Shown piece by piece: positions 63,610 to 64,000 of a stretch of DNA of 64,000 nucleotides. The stretch's first letter is position 1; each line of letters begins with the position of its first letter. A model generated the notes under the pieces. It did not search any database and was not told where the DNA came from. It saw only the letters and a list, made by a program, of their open reading frames with translations. Source of the DNA: Azolla caroliniana (taxonomy: Eukaryota; Plantae; Polypodiophyta). The stretch spans positions 21,266,001 through 21,330,000 of the forward strand of contig JBHGNT010000008.1 in assembly GCA_043228905.1 (NCBI GenBank), written 5' to 3'. Position numbers and translations under genes: made by a program.

Positions 63610-64000
63610 CACGTGTGTGTGTGTGTGTGTGTGCGTGTGCGCATATGTATGTATTGTATTGTATTCCATGTTATGTATGTATGTGTGTATATATTGTATT
63701 GTATTTATTGAATTGCATGTGTATGTATTTACATATTGTATTGTAATGCATGTGTTGTATGTATGTAATGTGTGTGTGTTTGTGTGTGTGAATGTTCTAT
63801 ACATGTGCATATGTATGTATTGTATTATATGTATGGAATGTGTGTGTGAATGGTCTATACATGTGCATATGTATGTATTATATTGTATGTATGGAATGTG
63901 TGTATGCATGTATGTATGTGTTAGATGTGTGTGTGAGTATATGCTCTATACATGTGCATATGCATGTATTGTATTGCATGTGTGTGTGTGTGTGTTGTTT
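63610..64000. repeat. Compound (TG)n/(TATG)n/(TATTG)n low-complexity tract
   Basis: Direct reading. Confidence 0.9.

Noticed and set aside
63562-63909. 115-aa His/Thr/Tyr/Ile ORF
   Set aside because: Translation of a microsatellite tract

Overview
Eukaryotic, transposon-saturated DNA. Intron-containing TE genes and plant-type Ty1/copia and Ty3/gypsy elements suggest a land plant, probably non-seed (inference). No ordinary host gene was recognised. The centrepiece is an apparently intact 11.5-kb cut-and-paste DNA transposon (21019-32518) with 25-bp TIRs starting GGG, a perfect 4-bp TSD (AGAA) and a spliced ~863-aa DDD transposase of Sola (most likely Sola2) type. It carries two cargo genes on the opposite strand (a degenerate FCP1/NIF-type HAD phosphatase and a spliced RING-finger gene), an 83-bp tandem array, and kb-long arrays of the palindrome TAGCTAATTAGCTA. 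Two decayed copies of the same family lie beside and around it. Separately, a decayed intron-containing ParB-like + amino-(N6A/N4C) DNA-methyltransferase-like gene (~7210-9684) lies head-to-head with a Sola1-like transposase relic, with a spaced 27-bp palindrome array between them. The rest is nested copia/gypsy debris, including an inversion shown by a split TSD and a gypsy element with a tRNA-like primer site on the opposite strand at its 3' end. Family assignments rest on motif recognition by eye; no database search was run.
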